Below are positions 1-12,429 of a DNA stretch of 36,680 nucleotides, piece by piece. Source of the stretch: Psammoneis japonica (taxonomy: Eukaryota). The DNA is taken from positions 1 through 36,680 of the forward strand of contig QPGO01000282.1 of the NCBI GenBank assembly GCA_008632985.1. Direction: 5' to 3'. The first letter of the stretch is position 1. Each line of letters opens with the position of its first letter. Below the pieces are notes generated by a model. It saw only the letters and a program-made list of their open reading frames with translations, ran no database searches and was not told the origin of the DNA. The position numbers and the translations under genes were made by a program.

Positions 1-110
1 CAACAACCATCACATCAAAAAAAGTGAGCTAGAAAAATGAGGATGACGTCAGGCGAGGAATCAGGAAAGCGTGCTGCGCGCACAGACGGGTGGGTTTCGG
101 ACAAGAAAAG

Positions 111-469
111 CAAGTGGCACCGAAAAACTCAAAAAACTGACATCATGACGGGTGGGTGAAGTAGATTTTGGCCATTTTATGAAAAAAAATGAAGTGGATT
201 TTTTGCTGAAGTCTTCTGGATTTCCACAGGCAATCTTGGTGCAGTCTGCACGTCACCCCCAAAGGTGGAAAAAGCACGAAGAACCTGTTCTGCATGGAGT
301 CTTCATTCGCGTGATGTCGCGCATGACCATCCCAGATTTTCTTGCAGTGGGAGCTCGTTTTCTGACTGACAAGTGGTTTTCAGGCAAGTGGAAGTAGATT
401 GTGTAGATTTCGAGCAATTTAGCAAAAAAACGTCATGATGTCGGAAGTTGAGTTTTTCGGTGACACTTG
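111..469. mobile_element. MITE-like element with ~40-bp imperfect TIRs
   Basis: CAAGTGGCACCGAAAAACTCAA..GACATCATGACG (111-150) versus CGTCATGATGTC..TTGAGTTTTTCGGTGACACTTG (431-469); absent from homologous sites near 17040 and 36000. Confidence 0.8.
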
Positions 470-998
470 AGATGAGAGCACAAGAATGCACCTTGAAAGC
501 AAACAACACAAGAAATGAGTGCCTGTGACTTGCCGGTGTTTCAATTTTGTCACAACGTCCACCAAGTTTGTTTCACCATCTTCCTGTCTTGACACCCGCT
601 GTGACAGCTCCCCAAAGCACATGATCGTTTGTCACACTCACGCGCTTTTGTTTTCTTGTGTTGTGCGTGGCGGGGCAGAGGGACTCCACAGAGTGTGCCA
701 ACATTTTTCGCAACTCCGCTGTCACAAAGTGCACTTGCGGGGCCCTCAACAAGCATGCAAAACATCCACAATTTGTGCTGCAATCTTTTTTTGCCATGTG
801 CGAGACAACAGCCAGCAGCTTGCTCCCAAAAAAGCAGCAGAGAGCCAACACTCTGTTCTTGCAGCGTGTTCTCTCCTCTGCTTCTCTTGCTCGGCCAAGC
901 CACAGAGGTGCGCTCTGGACATGAGTCAAAGCCCTGCTGTGTGACCTCCATGTGACCACATTTTCAGCATGATTTGTGTTGACAACAGAGCAGGTGGA

Positions 999-1248
999 GG
1001 CCTGTTCCAGCTCCAGGTGATCAGCTTTTCACCACGCGAGAGGCCAATTTTCTGCGCAACTGACTCCTTCAATTTTGATCGCTTCGAAAATCGAAAGGTG
1101 AGTGCACACCCAAAAATGCATGCAAAGTGTGCACTCACCCTTCGATTTGGCAAAAAATGGATGTGGAAAAAGTCAATTGCGCCAAATGCACAAATTTCCA
1201 AATGATGGGAATCAAACCCGCGCGGAGCACCTGGAGCTGGAACAGGCC
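999..1248. mobile_element. 250-bp fold-back MITE with 21-bp perfect TIRs and 4-bp TSD (TGGA)
   Basis: GGCCTGTTCCAGCTCCAGGTG (999-1019) and CACCTGGAGCTGGAACAGGCC (1228-1248); TGGA at 995-998 and 1249-1252; internal inverted repeats ~1088-1109/1128-1149; empty site near 36500. Confidence 0.88.
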
Positions 1249-1590
1249 TGGATGATGCTGACCAGACTTTCTTTCAACAGTTTGGTTGGTGGCATCTTTG
1301 GCAAGATGCTTTTTTCTTTCTTCTTCCCCACATCATTGCCGCAAAACTCAGCCAAACTTGCATGGTTGTTGTTGAAAGCTGACTCATCAACTGCTGTTTC
1401 CTTGATGTCACACCCTTTTTTTTGTCCTGGCACTTCTTCAAGTGTGCAAACATGCGACACAATGCACCCAAGTGAACTTTTCTGGGATTTGCTTTGCAGT
1501 GAGACAGACAAGACACCCAGCTGAAAACATGTCAGTCCTTCCAAGCTCAACTGCCAGCCTGCAAATGCCAGCCAACTGAAGACACCATGC

Positions 1591-2186
1591 NNNNNNNNNN
1601 NNNNNNNNNNNNNNNNNNNNNNNNNNNNNNNNNNNNNNNNNNNNNNNNNNNNNNNNNNNNNNNNNNNNNNNNNNNNNNNNNNNNNNNNNNNNNNNNNNNN
1701 NNNNNNNNNNNNNNNNNNNNNNNNNNNNNNNNNNNNNNNNNNNNNNNNNNNNNNNNNNNNNNNNNNNNNNNNNNNNNNNNNNNNNNNNNNNNNNNNNNNN
1801 NNNNNNNNNNNNNNNNNNNNNNNNNNNNNNNNNNNNNNNNNNNNNNNNNNNNNNNNNNNNNNNNNNNNNNNNNNNNNNNNNNNNNNNNNNNNNNNNNNNN
1901 NNNNNNNNNNNNNNNNNNNNNNNNNNNNNNNNNNNNNNNNNNNNNNNNNNNNNNNNNNNNNNNNNNNNNNNNNNNNNNNNNNNNNNNNNNNNNNNNNNNN
2001 NNNNNNNNNNNNNNNNNNNNNNNNNNNNNNNNNNNNNNNNNNNNNNNNNNNNNNNNNNNNNNNNNNNNNNNNNNNNNNNNNNNNNNNNNNNNNNNNNNNN
2101 NNNNNNNNNNNNNNNNNNNNNNNNNNNNNNNNNNNNNNNNNNNNNNNNNNNNNNNNNNNNNNNNNNNNNNNNNNNNNNNNNNNNNN
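1591..2186. other. Assembly gap
   Basis: Run of N. Confidence 1.
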
Positions 2187-4078
2187 TTCTCTGCACATGC
2201 CAGTGTGCTCAAACACATGTTTTCTGCCAGAAGCTGTGGCCCCAATGTCTGTGACATGTTTTGGTGCTTGCCAAGAATGAAGCTTGTTGACAAACAAAAT
2301 CATTGCATGCGTGCTGTCTCTGTCCACCAATCTTTAATTTTCTCACTTGTTGGCTGTGCATTCATGGAAACGTTCATTCATGAACAGCTTGATTGTGAAA
2401 CTTGTTGACAAACAAAATTGTTGCAAACATGCTGACTCTGTTCAGTTGTTGGTTGTGCATTTTTACAAATGTTAAGTCACAAATGATTTGACCATTTTTT
2501 TTGCCTGCGTGGCCCAATTCGCGGTTGGCGGACACACATTTTTTCACACCACACCACCACCACATTGACGCCAACAGCTGCAATGATGTTGACACAACCC
2601 CCATGCTTCGATGTGTGTTTGTTCAATGCATCTCCTCTCTTGCATGCCATTGCTGTCATCTCTTCATTGTAGATGTGAAAAGTGCCCCCTGTCTTGTTTG
2701 TGCTGTGTGCTTGATTTGTGGCAAGAAATGTCGGCCACACTTGTGTGGTCTCGTGCCAGCCATTTGTGACCATCGCTGACCCATGCTTTGATGTTCATTC
2801 ATCCATTTCTTTCTTTGCTCACACTTCTTTGTTCCAGTCTCTTCTTTGTGTTTTCAAAAAGATTGTTTTGTCTTGTGTTTGCTTTTGGCGGGGTCTGTGA
2901 AGAGCAAGCATCTTTCATGCCAACTGCGGCATGCGCCAAAGCCTTCTCCTGGCTTTCCCAGCTGTTGTGGCAGTGCTCTTTTCAACTGAGGCAGCGGGTG
3001 TGTTGGAAGCAAGGAACCAGGATCTCGAGCACATGTGGAGGGTGCATTTTCTTTGTCAGGTGTCCACCACCAATGTGGGGAGCGCACCTGAGACAGCAGC
3101 ATCAGCGATGACTGTAAGATCCAATGCAAGGCAATCAACAAGGCCAAAAAGCTTGGAGCTGTGGGTGCAAGAGTGGGAGGCAATGCAATGAAATGACAAG
3201 GACAGTTGAAGCAGCCAAAGAAGCTTCTAGATGCCACAAATTGAAGTGCAAGACGTTCATCAAGTGGTTTCAATGCTGTCATCAATTCGGAGAGACACCG
3301 GCCAAAGGAGTGTGATGCATGATGCCACCAATGAAAACAAGGAAGTGACAGCTTCAGACAACAGAAGAATTTGGTTGGTGTTGCCACCCCATTTTATGAA
3401 TCGATTGGTGTCCAACAGATTGGACAAACAGGAAAGATGTGTTCTTGGAAGCAAGGAGAAGGCTTGGTGCATGTGAGAAAGGCACTTGGCACTGCACCTG
3501 CTGCTGCTGGAACTGCTGCTTGGGACTGTGGTGGGGTGGTGTGTTTTCTGCCAAATTGTCAACATTGACACATGTCAGTGGAAATGCCCCACTCTTCACC
3601 CATGGAATGTTGAAGGTGCCAAACGGGGCTTGTGCTGCATGCATGCTGACACCATCTGATGCCGACGGTTGGCTCAATTGCTGCGACAATGGGTTGATGC
3701 TGCTTCTTCTTGTTTGACATTTTCTTGACTCTCCAAAGACTTTTTCAAAGGCATTTCCAGTGCTCTTTTTTCTCCATTTTGGCCTGAACCCTGACAATGA
3801 CTTTGGCAAGCACATCCCCACCCAATGCTGCAGGAAGAGAAGCACTGGGAAGAGCAGGAAGAGTTGCTCAGATTTAAACTTGCCAAGGCATGGTCTTTGC
3901 ATCTCATGAAGCAAGCAACACCACTGCTGCTTGGAAAGCCATTGCCAGATGACAGAGACTGGGAAAAATGTCTCATCTTCTTCCCTCTTGCCATCACTGC
4001 AAATGAGGACAATTGCCAGAGTTCATCAGCCACACATCCTCAGCTCCAAGGGGTTCACTCTGGTGGCAAGTTTGATGG

Positions 4079-6000
4079 CATGTCTTGCTGGTGTCTCCAG
4101 CTGGAGCAACAAACTTGCTGGGGGGGATGGTGCACCATGATGCACAGGCCAGTGCCACTTGAAAAACTAAAATGGATCATGCAGCGGTGCTCCACATCAT
4201 CATCATCACCATCAATGCACACTGGTTTGAGTTGCTGCCTGCATGACATGCACCCCAAATGCACTCAGCCTGCATTTGTTGAGTGGTTTCTTGACCCAAG
4301 TGTGGTGTCTTTGCAATCCTGATTTGGGAAGCTGCAAGCCATGTCTTGGGCAGCAGCAGCAGCCCCTTGCATGATTCCTCCACACAAGAAAATGCCCAGC
4401 TGCACAAGGTGTGAAAGCACCACACCCACAGATGTGGCAAAGGAGGTTCGCAGCATTCTTGGGATGGCATTGGAGGACTCCAGTGGATTGCAGAGGATGC
4501 AACAACAACAACAATGGTTGGGAAGCAAAGGCTTTGTCTTGTGTCCATGCAGCCCTTTGTCTCTCTGACATGACTGGGTTTCTTGGCCCAGCCGTGCCAC
4601 CTGCAAAAACAAGAAAACCATCTGTGCAACAGCGCAAGTGCTCTGTCATTTTGGGGTGGCCTTGGAAGACTTGATTGATCGGGTCCCAGAGAATGCAACA
4701 ACAACAATGGTTGGGAAGCAAAGGCCTTGTCTTGCATTGGTGCAGCACCTTGTCTCTCTGGCATGGCTGGGTTTGACCAAGCCAAGGACCTTCCTGCTGC
4801 AAGAAAGACGTGGGAAATGTCTTTGTGACAGCGCAAGCACTCCATGTTGTCTTGGGACATTTGCAAGAGACTCCATTGGGTCCTCAAGGAGGCAACAACA
4901 ACAGTGGTTGTGAAGGAAAAGCCTCATCTAGTTGTGAGTTTGAGCACATGTCTTGGTGCCTCCAGCTGGAGCAACAGGCTTGCCGAGGGGTGCACGGCAC
5001 ATGAACGGTGCACAGGCCAAGGCTGCTCAAGAAACTGAAGTGGAGCATGCAGTGGTGGTGCCCCCATGTTCCAGCAAACATTTGCCAAATGCCAAGCCAG
5101 ATCATCATCATCACATCAATGCACATTTGTTTGAGTTGCTGCCACCTGCATCATGACATGGACCCCAAAGAATGCACTCAGTCTGCATTTTTTGAGTGGG
5201 TTCTTGACCCAACTGTGGTGTCTTTGCACTCTTGATTTTGGAAGCTGCAAGCCATGTCATGGGCAGCAGCAGCAGCCCCTTGCATGATTCCTCCACACAA
5301 GAAAATGCACAGCTGCACAAGGTGTGGAGGCACCAGCCAACCTGCAAAGAGAAAAGGGAACCATCTGTGTGATGGTGCAAGCACTGCGTTGTCTTGGGAT
5401 GGCTTTTGGCAGCTCAACCTGCAAGAAAGACAAGGGAGTCATCTGTGTGACAGTGCAAGCACTCCATTGTCTCAGGATGGCTTTTGGTGGCTCAACCTGC
5501 AAGAAAAACAAGGGAGCCATCTGTGCGACAGTGCAAGCACTCAGTTGTCTGAGGGTGGGCACAAGAGACTTTGTTGGGTCCAGGAGGAGGCACAAAACAC
5601 ACGGTGGTTGGGAAGGAAAAGCCTTGTTTTTGGCCAATGCAGCCCCTTTTCTTTCTGATGTGATCAGCTTGCGTTGGTGACCAAGCCACCACACGCCCTG
5701 CAAAGGCAAGGGAGCTTTTTGTGGACAGCACAAGTGCCCAGATGTCTTTTGCTGGCCCCTTGGGTGATTCCATTGTGTCCCAGGAGAGCCAACAACAACC
5801 TTGGTTGGGGAGCAAAGGCTTGTCTTGTGTCAACAATGTGGCCCCTTTTCTTTCTGACATGACTGGGGCCTTCTTTGGCCCATCCAACACACCTGTTCAG
5901 AGACCATCGAGCCATCTGTGTGACAGCGCAAGTGACCAGTTGTCTTGGGATGGCTGTGGGAGGAGACTCCATTGGGTGCCAGGGTGTGCAACAACAATCA
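4079..6000. repeat. Degenerate nested tandem-repeat array
   Basis: ~4079-4410 recurs at ~4947-5325; CAACAACAATGGTTGGGAAGCAAAGGC-like motif near 4505, 4700, 4897, 5600 and 5790; ~78-bp unit AACCTGCAAGAAA...CATCTGTGTGACAGTGCAAGCACT near 5340, 5416 and 5494. Confidence 0.8.
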
Positions 6001-7741
6001 TGGGAACTTTGTGCCAGTGCATGAGAAGTTCAAGATTTTTGGTTGCAACAATGGCTGGAGAGTGGTGCAAGCCCACATTGGCATGGTGGGCAGCAGCTTT
6101 GTCATTGTGAAGGCAGCAGCAGTGGCGCATTGCCGGTTTGACCATCAGCCTGCGCTGCAGCAGCTCCAGCAGCAGAGCCTTGGTTTCTCTGAGGGCTCCT
6201 GCTGCTGAGCTCTTGTGGCTGAGATTGAGCTTGAGATTTGCCAGCTCAACCTGCACAGCAAGACTGTGAAAATGTGCATCTTAACAAGAGCACATTGACG
6301 TGATGAAAGCTGTGCAGCAAGACTGTGAAAATTTGCATCTTGACAAGAACACATTGGCACAATGACAGATGAGAAATTGACCGACTGCCAACACACATGC
6401 AAAACCTGCATGAATGGATGATTCATCAAATCATTTCAAATCATTCAAACCTTCAAAACTGAATGTGAGCATGGAATTTTAAAACAAAATTGTCACTTGA
6501 AAAATGATGCTGACAGGAGTCACCAGGCAGACAGACTCGACATTGCTGCAAAAACACGAACCATCATTTCCTCATGAGACACAAAGGACAAGGCTTGTCA
6601 AACATTGTGACACCAATGACATCATCAACAAGGGAAGGCAACAAAAGAGCATCAGGCGGGGGAGGACAATGCAGAACACAAGGCAAGAGAGAGGCAGGAA
6701 CTGAGTTGGTGAGTGCATGGAGCTTGGGCAACAATGCAAACAACTGATGCTTTTGCCAATTTTTCAACTCAGACATGATGTTGATGACATGCAAAGGGAG
6801 ACTGGAGGGAAGACGGCCCTGCAGTGGCCACACAAAGGTGAGCAAAGCATGTTCAAAACAATGCAAGCACAATGCTCTCATCTGTTGTGTGCTCTTTTCT
6901 CTTCTTTGCAGGCGATGCTTTGGCAAACTGGTGCAAAGCCTGAAAGAGACATGGTTGCATGCAAAGGTGAGCAGAAGTGCTGTTTTTGTCAAGACAAGCA
7001 GCCCATTCAAAAACAAAGCACACACACAGTGCTCTGATCTGTTGCAAGCTCTTTTCTCTTCTTTGCAGGCAAAGCTTTGGCAATCTGGCATGACGAGCAA
7101 AAGAGACAAGGTCACAACATGGAACAAATGACAGGATTGTGCTTGGCAAGCAAGAGCGGATGCAAGGGTCTGCAAAATGAGCAAAGCATCATGCCATCAC
7201 TGCAGCATGGGAGAGCCGGCAGGAGACAGGAGAAAGCCAAGGAGGGAAGAGCAGGAAACAGGAAGCAAGAACACATTCACTGCAGAAATGATGAAACACA
7301 GCTGGCACAATCACATTGCAAGAAACATGCAGCCAATGTACGAGCATCTTAATGCAACAAATGAATGTTGCAGTTGTCAGAAATGAACAATGTTGCAAAG
7401 CAGTTGTGGTTGCACCCTTGTCAAGAAGCTTCAATTGTGAACGAAAACTGAGCAATTTTAAAATCATTGTGGTCACAATCTTGTCAAGATTGAACAAAGA
7501 ATTAGAGTCATTTTCATTGAGTGTTAAAGCCTGCTTGGAATGTTGAAAAAATTGCCAATTTGATTTTGCACAATTGATGAGCACTTGTTGAGAACACAGG
7601 AATTCTTGACAAGAGCAAAACAAGTTCTGAACAAGAGCCACAACATTTTCCAGACAAAACCATCCAATGCTGCCAAAAGCAAAAAAGTGCAAATGCCGTC
7701 TCTTGATGCAACACTTGAACATGCAACTCTGACCAGAGCTT

Positions 7742-8113
7742 NNNNNNNNNNNNNNNNNNNNNNNNNNNNNNNNNNNNNNNNNNNNNNNNNNNNNNNNNNN
7801 NNNNNNNNNNNNNNNNNNNNNNNNNNNNNNNNNNNNNNNNNNNNNNNNNNNNNNNNNNNNNNNNNNNNNNNNNNNNNNNNNNNNNNNNNNNNNNNNNNNN
7901 NNNNNNNNNNNNNNNNNNNNNNNNNNNNNNNNNNNNNNNNNNNNNNNNNNNNNNNNNNNNNNNNNNNNNNNNNNNNNNNNNNNNNNNNNNNNNNNNNNNN
8001 NNNNNNNNNNNNNNNNNNNNNNNNNNNNNNNNNNNNNNNNNNNNNNNNNNNNNNNNNNNNNNNNNNNNNNNNNNNNNNNNNNNNNNNNNNNNNNNNNNNN
8101 NNNNNNNNNNNNN
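7742..8113. other. Assembly gap
   Basis: Run of N. Confidence 1.
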
Positions 8114-9554
8114 CAAAGCTGTGTGAGCAAGAAGCAAAGTGCAGCACACAAGCACAAGGCTGCTGTGTGGTTCTCGTGAGTGGCGGTGGTGGCAGCACAT
8201 CAAAGCTCTTGTGCAAACTGCTGAGAGAAGCAATGTTGAATTGCACAAAACAGCAAGGCTGCATGTTTTCTGTAGAAAAACAGCAGCAAGTGCAGAAAGT
8301 GTGGCGGCACACTCTCAATGGAAAAGAGCAAGACAAAGCTCACAAAGCTGTGTGAGCAAGAAGCAAAGTGCAGCACACAAGCACAAGGCTGCTGCAGTGA
8401 AAAAACAAAGTCTGACAATGAGGTTCATGCCATGGAGAAAACATTTGGCATTGAGCAACCTGCTGAAGCTGATGGCCAAGGGCCAAGTTGAGGACTTGGA
8501 AGTGTTTGGTGTGACATGGTGTGAAGCCTGTGGGAAAGCAAGAAGCTTGTGCAGGCCCCCAGCTGAGGTTTGGGAACAAGGCTTGAAAGAAATCTCCACC
8601 CAAGGAATGAACATTTGCACCCAAGCACAGGAGCAGGGTCTGGGCAATTGAGTGGTGACAGAAACTCCAGTGTTGTGGAAATTGTGAGACTGTTCTGTGC
8701 AAGCTCAAGCATTTGGTGATGAATGGCTTCTGTGCCACTCCTTCATGCAATGAGATGTGCCAATTGTGAGGCAGTCAGCTGGGTCATGATTTGCCTGTGC
8801 AAAACTCCTGTGGATGACAGCAGGCTCACAAGGTGCTTCTGCATGATCAGCTGCACCTGTGGGCCAGCCTGCAGACACAGCATGTGCTGTGCAATTCAGT
8901 GTTTTCCACTGCACAGTGGCACAAGATTGTCGTTGTTCAAACCAGCTGGTGCTGCACAATTGTTCAGGTGAACAATTCTTGATGAACACCCACCCACTCC
9001 TCAATCTCATTGACTGGAGCTGCTGATGGCATGGTTGCCAACAATCTGGGCTTGTGCCCTGGTGCTTGCGGTGCTGCTGCTGGCACCAAGAACTTTGTCA
9101 TGTGCCAAAGAGTGCAAACACCTTTGAAACATGCATCAATCTGCACAGCTGCCACTGCATGCTGGGTTGACCCAAAGTCTGGTCAACCTCACCTGCTGCC
9201 AGCCCACAAGGCCATGTGCTTTGAGACCCAGATGAAAATTTGCTCTCATGCCTTGGCCAACTGTGCAGCTGCATTCTTCCCTGGTGCTCAACAAAAGTCA
9301 CAACCCTGCTGCAATCAGAGGGAGTTTTTCTGGCAATTGAATCTGACAAACCTGTGCAGGTGAACCCAGACAATCTTCCATGGCTGGAGCTGACATTGCT
9401 GCTGAAGTTGGAGCCCTTGTTGACACTTCTTTTGGACAAAAGGAGGGAGATGTCCAAAGTGAAGGTGGTGCGGTGGCACCCCAGAACAGATCAGGGAAGG
9501 CAAGAACCCAAATGTGGTTGGCTGTCAAAAGATCACACATCATTTGGGTGGAAG

Positions 9555-9885
9555 ACACTTTCTTCTTGACTGTGACATGGAGTCAAGAGCCTCCATCACA
9601 TCATGGGCAATGGCAAGAATTTCACAGCCAATGTGGAAATGGTGGAACAGACACAGGTGCATGCCAACATTGTGACAGCTTTGGTGCAAAACCTGAATGC
9701 TCGTGAAGTGCGGTTGATGAGATTGCAGCGCTGTTTGTCCAATGGATTCATCCTGTCAATTGCTGAGTGTGCTGATGCCATGGGCTTGAGCAAGAGCAGG
9801 GCGCAGCTTTTGGTTGGCGGCAAGATGGTTAAAGAAGTTGTGTGAGGCACACGATGCATCCAGTTTCCAAGAGCATCTCTTGATG
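9555..9885 (+). pseudogene. Sigma-70 factor C-terminal fragment (regions 3.2-4; probably nuclear-encoded plastid sigma), copy A
   Basis: IVTALVQNLNAREVRLMRLQRCLSNGFILSIAECADAMGLSKSRAQ.L..RWLKKLCEA fits region 4 (LxxRExxxxRLRYGL..G..RSxxExAxxMGLSxxRVxQ....LKKLR). Confidence 0.75.
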
Positions 9886-10664
9886 ATCGCCTAAACAGGA
9901 TGTACAATGCAGAAGCTAACGTGTCATTGGAACCAGAGTAGATGCATTGAGCTTGACCGTGCCTGAACTTTGCCTCTAATCCTGTCAGCACACAAATCGT
10001 CACCACCCCGACAGCACTGACATGGAGCTTGAGCGCCTTCTCTCCGTTCCCTGTCTGCTCATGGGGTTTGGTCGATTCCGACCACCAAACCATCTGTGCA
10101 ACAATTGGGTTTCTCTCGGGCTTTACAACCCCGCTGGTTGGAGAGCAGACGTGTGTCTCCAACAAAATTACAGTGGGTGTGACCGCATTTCCAGACCTTG
10201 ACAGGGAATGAGAGGAGCTCGGTCAAATGGGACGAAAAGCAACAGGTTGACGCATCCCCAGTGTGTCTGGGATGGCCAGTCCCTTCCAATTGAGACATGT
10301 GGTGTGCTGGTGCAGTGGTGGGGATTCCTTCGTGCCGTGCCTTGACCAGTTGTTCACCCTGCAACCACTGCAGATTTTCTCGATGCCTTTGACGCGTTTC
10401 TGTTTTGCTGGCAATTTTCGAAGCTCTCTGCCGTCGTCCGCATGGGTGAATGATGAAACGCAGTCACAATGAAGCGCAGTCATTCATTGGCATTTTGGCA
10501 TGCGCCAGGGCATCTGACCACAGTGATGTTAAAAATGACACACGGACACCGCACACATCTAGAGCCTCCTTCTCTAGTGCAAATCTCGTTCTGTGCATAC
10601 GAGCCATCACCACCACTCCGACACACTTCTTGATTTCCTGCCTCGGGCATTGTGTGTCTCCGAC

Positions 10665-11960
10665 CTGCATGCGTGCTCTCAGCAAACTCAACAGCAACAT
10701 CCCGTGCTTGGCATGCCTGAAACGAAGCTACCACCAACCCCCATGTGGCAACAACCAGCACAGATGCGCACCCTGCAAACGCGTCGGACTTGCAAATTCC
10801 TCCTGTTTCCACTGTCTTCCCAAACACGTCCACTTGGAGCATCTCACGCTCCCACGCCAAGGGAACTGTCCCCGTCCATATTGCGAGCGTCACCGCATCA
10901 ACAAGCAAGAGAGCGACCAACGGCGCCATTGGGTTTATGAAACATTTTGTTTGTCCGCCATGTCATGCTGAACTACGCAGAAAAGGCAAGAGCAAAACCA
11001 AGGATGAACAGCCAAGGTGTGCTTTGACATGCAAGGTCACAACCAGCTTTGCTCGCAATTCTGTCGTCAAAACTCAAAGGAACAATGGCGACCTTAAAGA
11101 CACACACAAGATTGCGCAACCAAAACATTGTATGAGCCCTGTCTTCACTTTATGCGGCAAAACACAGACGGCTGTTGTCATGCAGCACCGCATGTGAAAA
11201 GCAAGAAAATGGACTGTGACGCCTTGACGACTCTGCCCATTCTGTAGCGGGTGGTCCAGACCCCGAATGCAATAGAAAGAAGAATTATGATGGCGGAAAG
11301 GGTAAAGCCAAGGCCACGCAGCACCCCGTTCAGGCAGCTGTAATCCACCTGGACCTTTGGCAGAGGCGGATGCATGTTGGTTGTTCCGTCGCAGGAAACA
11401 CAGGGTCAAACTACGCCACGTTCCATCTCGAATGATGTCTGTCCGAACAGCTTCAAACATGACATTTTCGGTTTCTGGGTCTTTTCGTTCGACAAAGTTG
11501 AGCAACTGGTAATGCGCAGTGGTGAAATCACGAGACCCTGTCTTTGGGTCAACGACAACAGGACCCGCAGCACCCACAAAGCTTGCATTGATGATTTGCT
11601 TGTAATGGGAGACGCCGTCAAAGTAAGTGACGGTGTCTGATGCAGCACAAGCAGCCAATCCCATGGAGATTGTGGAACCACACAGAAAGATCCCCAGATC
11701 TGGAGACTTGAACATTCTTTTGACTGGAAGCTGATCTCCACGTGATCGGGATGGTTCTGGAGCTCTTGCATGCTCGAAACCAATGCATCTAGCGCACGAG
11801 TTCCTGGTGTCGCTGTCTGGAAAAAGAGCATGGAACTTGTTCCACGAGCCACTTGCAGGATGCAGGCTGTCTGAGAAAAATCCAGACACAGTCAGTTCCA
11901 GCAATCCCCTGGTGACAGTAAACCAAGGGTGTCAGGTGGTTTAGCTGAGGGAGAGATTCC
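10665..11960 (-). pseudogene. Class C (GABA-B-like) GPCR fragment: end of ectodomain plus TM1-TM5/6, copy A
   Basis: Across frames: GIAGTD(C)VWIF, GLAAC, FVGAAGPVVVDPKTGSR, PPLP..LRGLGFTL..VVKASQSIFL, IVPLSFDD..GCDLACQSTPWLFILGF..FSA*FSMTWR, WTGTVPLAWERE..DVFG..C, QA(C)QARDVAVEFAES; frameshifts and a stop. Confidence 0.85.
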
Positions 11961-12429
11961 GGGCCGTAAAACAGCAAAGTGTTGCCCATGATGGTGTTGT
12001 GTGTGGTGTGGTTGGCCGCCGCTGGTGCGTGCGAAACAGCGATCCACATCACAAAAAACATGTCTTTCAACAGCCCCACAATTAACAAAACTGACTGTCA
12101 TGCGCGTGTCAACGGAAAGCACGACACAGATGTGTTGCCTCACACAGACTTGTGGCGAAGTCGTCAGGAGCAAACGAGCAGAAACGAAAACACGCCGTGG
12201 CCATGACGATGAAGATTGCAGCGGTGTTCCGAGTTTGGAGTCGAGATGATTACTTGGATCAAACCCAGCACCGGTTTAAATTGTGTCAAAACCAACTTGC
12301 CACTTCGCGGACACTGTTCCCTGCACGCGAAAATCTGAGGTGCGCAAGCACGCACTTTCCCACGCACTTTCTTCGTCTCACAATCGCAGTTCTGGCAAGA
12401 AAGCAAAGCATCGCATCAACAACATCACC

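Larger units (their letters stand above)
1..1420 (+). repeat. Partial third copy of the macro-repeat junction segment
   Basis: Excluding the two MITEs, colinear with ~35905-36680; its first part also matches ~16940-17210. Confidence 0.88.

Noticed and set aside
5335..5560. ~78-bp periodic repeats as a CRISPR array
   Set aside because: Whole units are similar with no unique spacers, there are no cas genes, and the context is eukaryotic.
6780..7130. Two intron-like units (GTGAGC...TCTTTGCAG) flanking short LAxW exons, possibly a helicase-associated domain gene
   Set aside because: Too degraded to assign a frame or family; may be a simple ~140-bp duplication.
1212..8355. Long ORFs spanning 1591-2186 and 7742-8113
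   Set aside because: Artefacts of N gaps.
8114..8394. Identical ~52-bp repeat at 8114 and 8343
   Set aside because: One copy abuts the gap edge, so it may be an assembly artefact.
9555..9885. Sigma-70 fragment as bacterial contamination or HGT
   Set aside because: It is embedded in a duplicated block with intron-containing eukaryotic genes, and algae encode plastid sigma factors in the nucleus.
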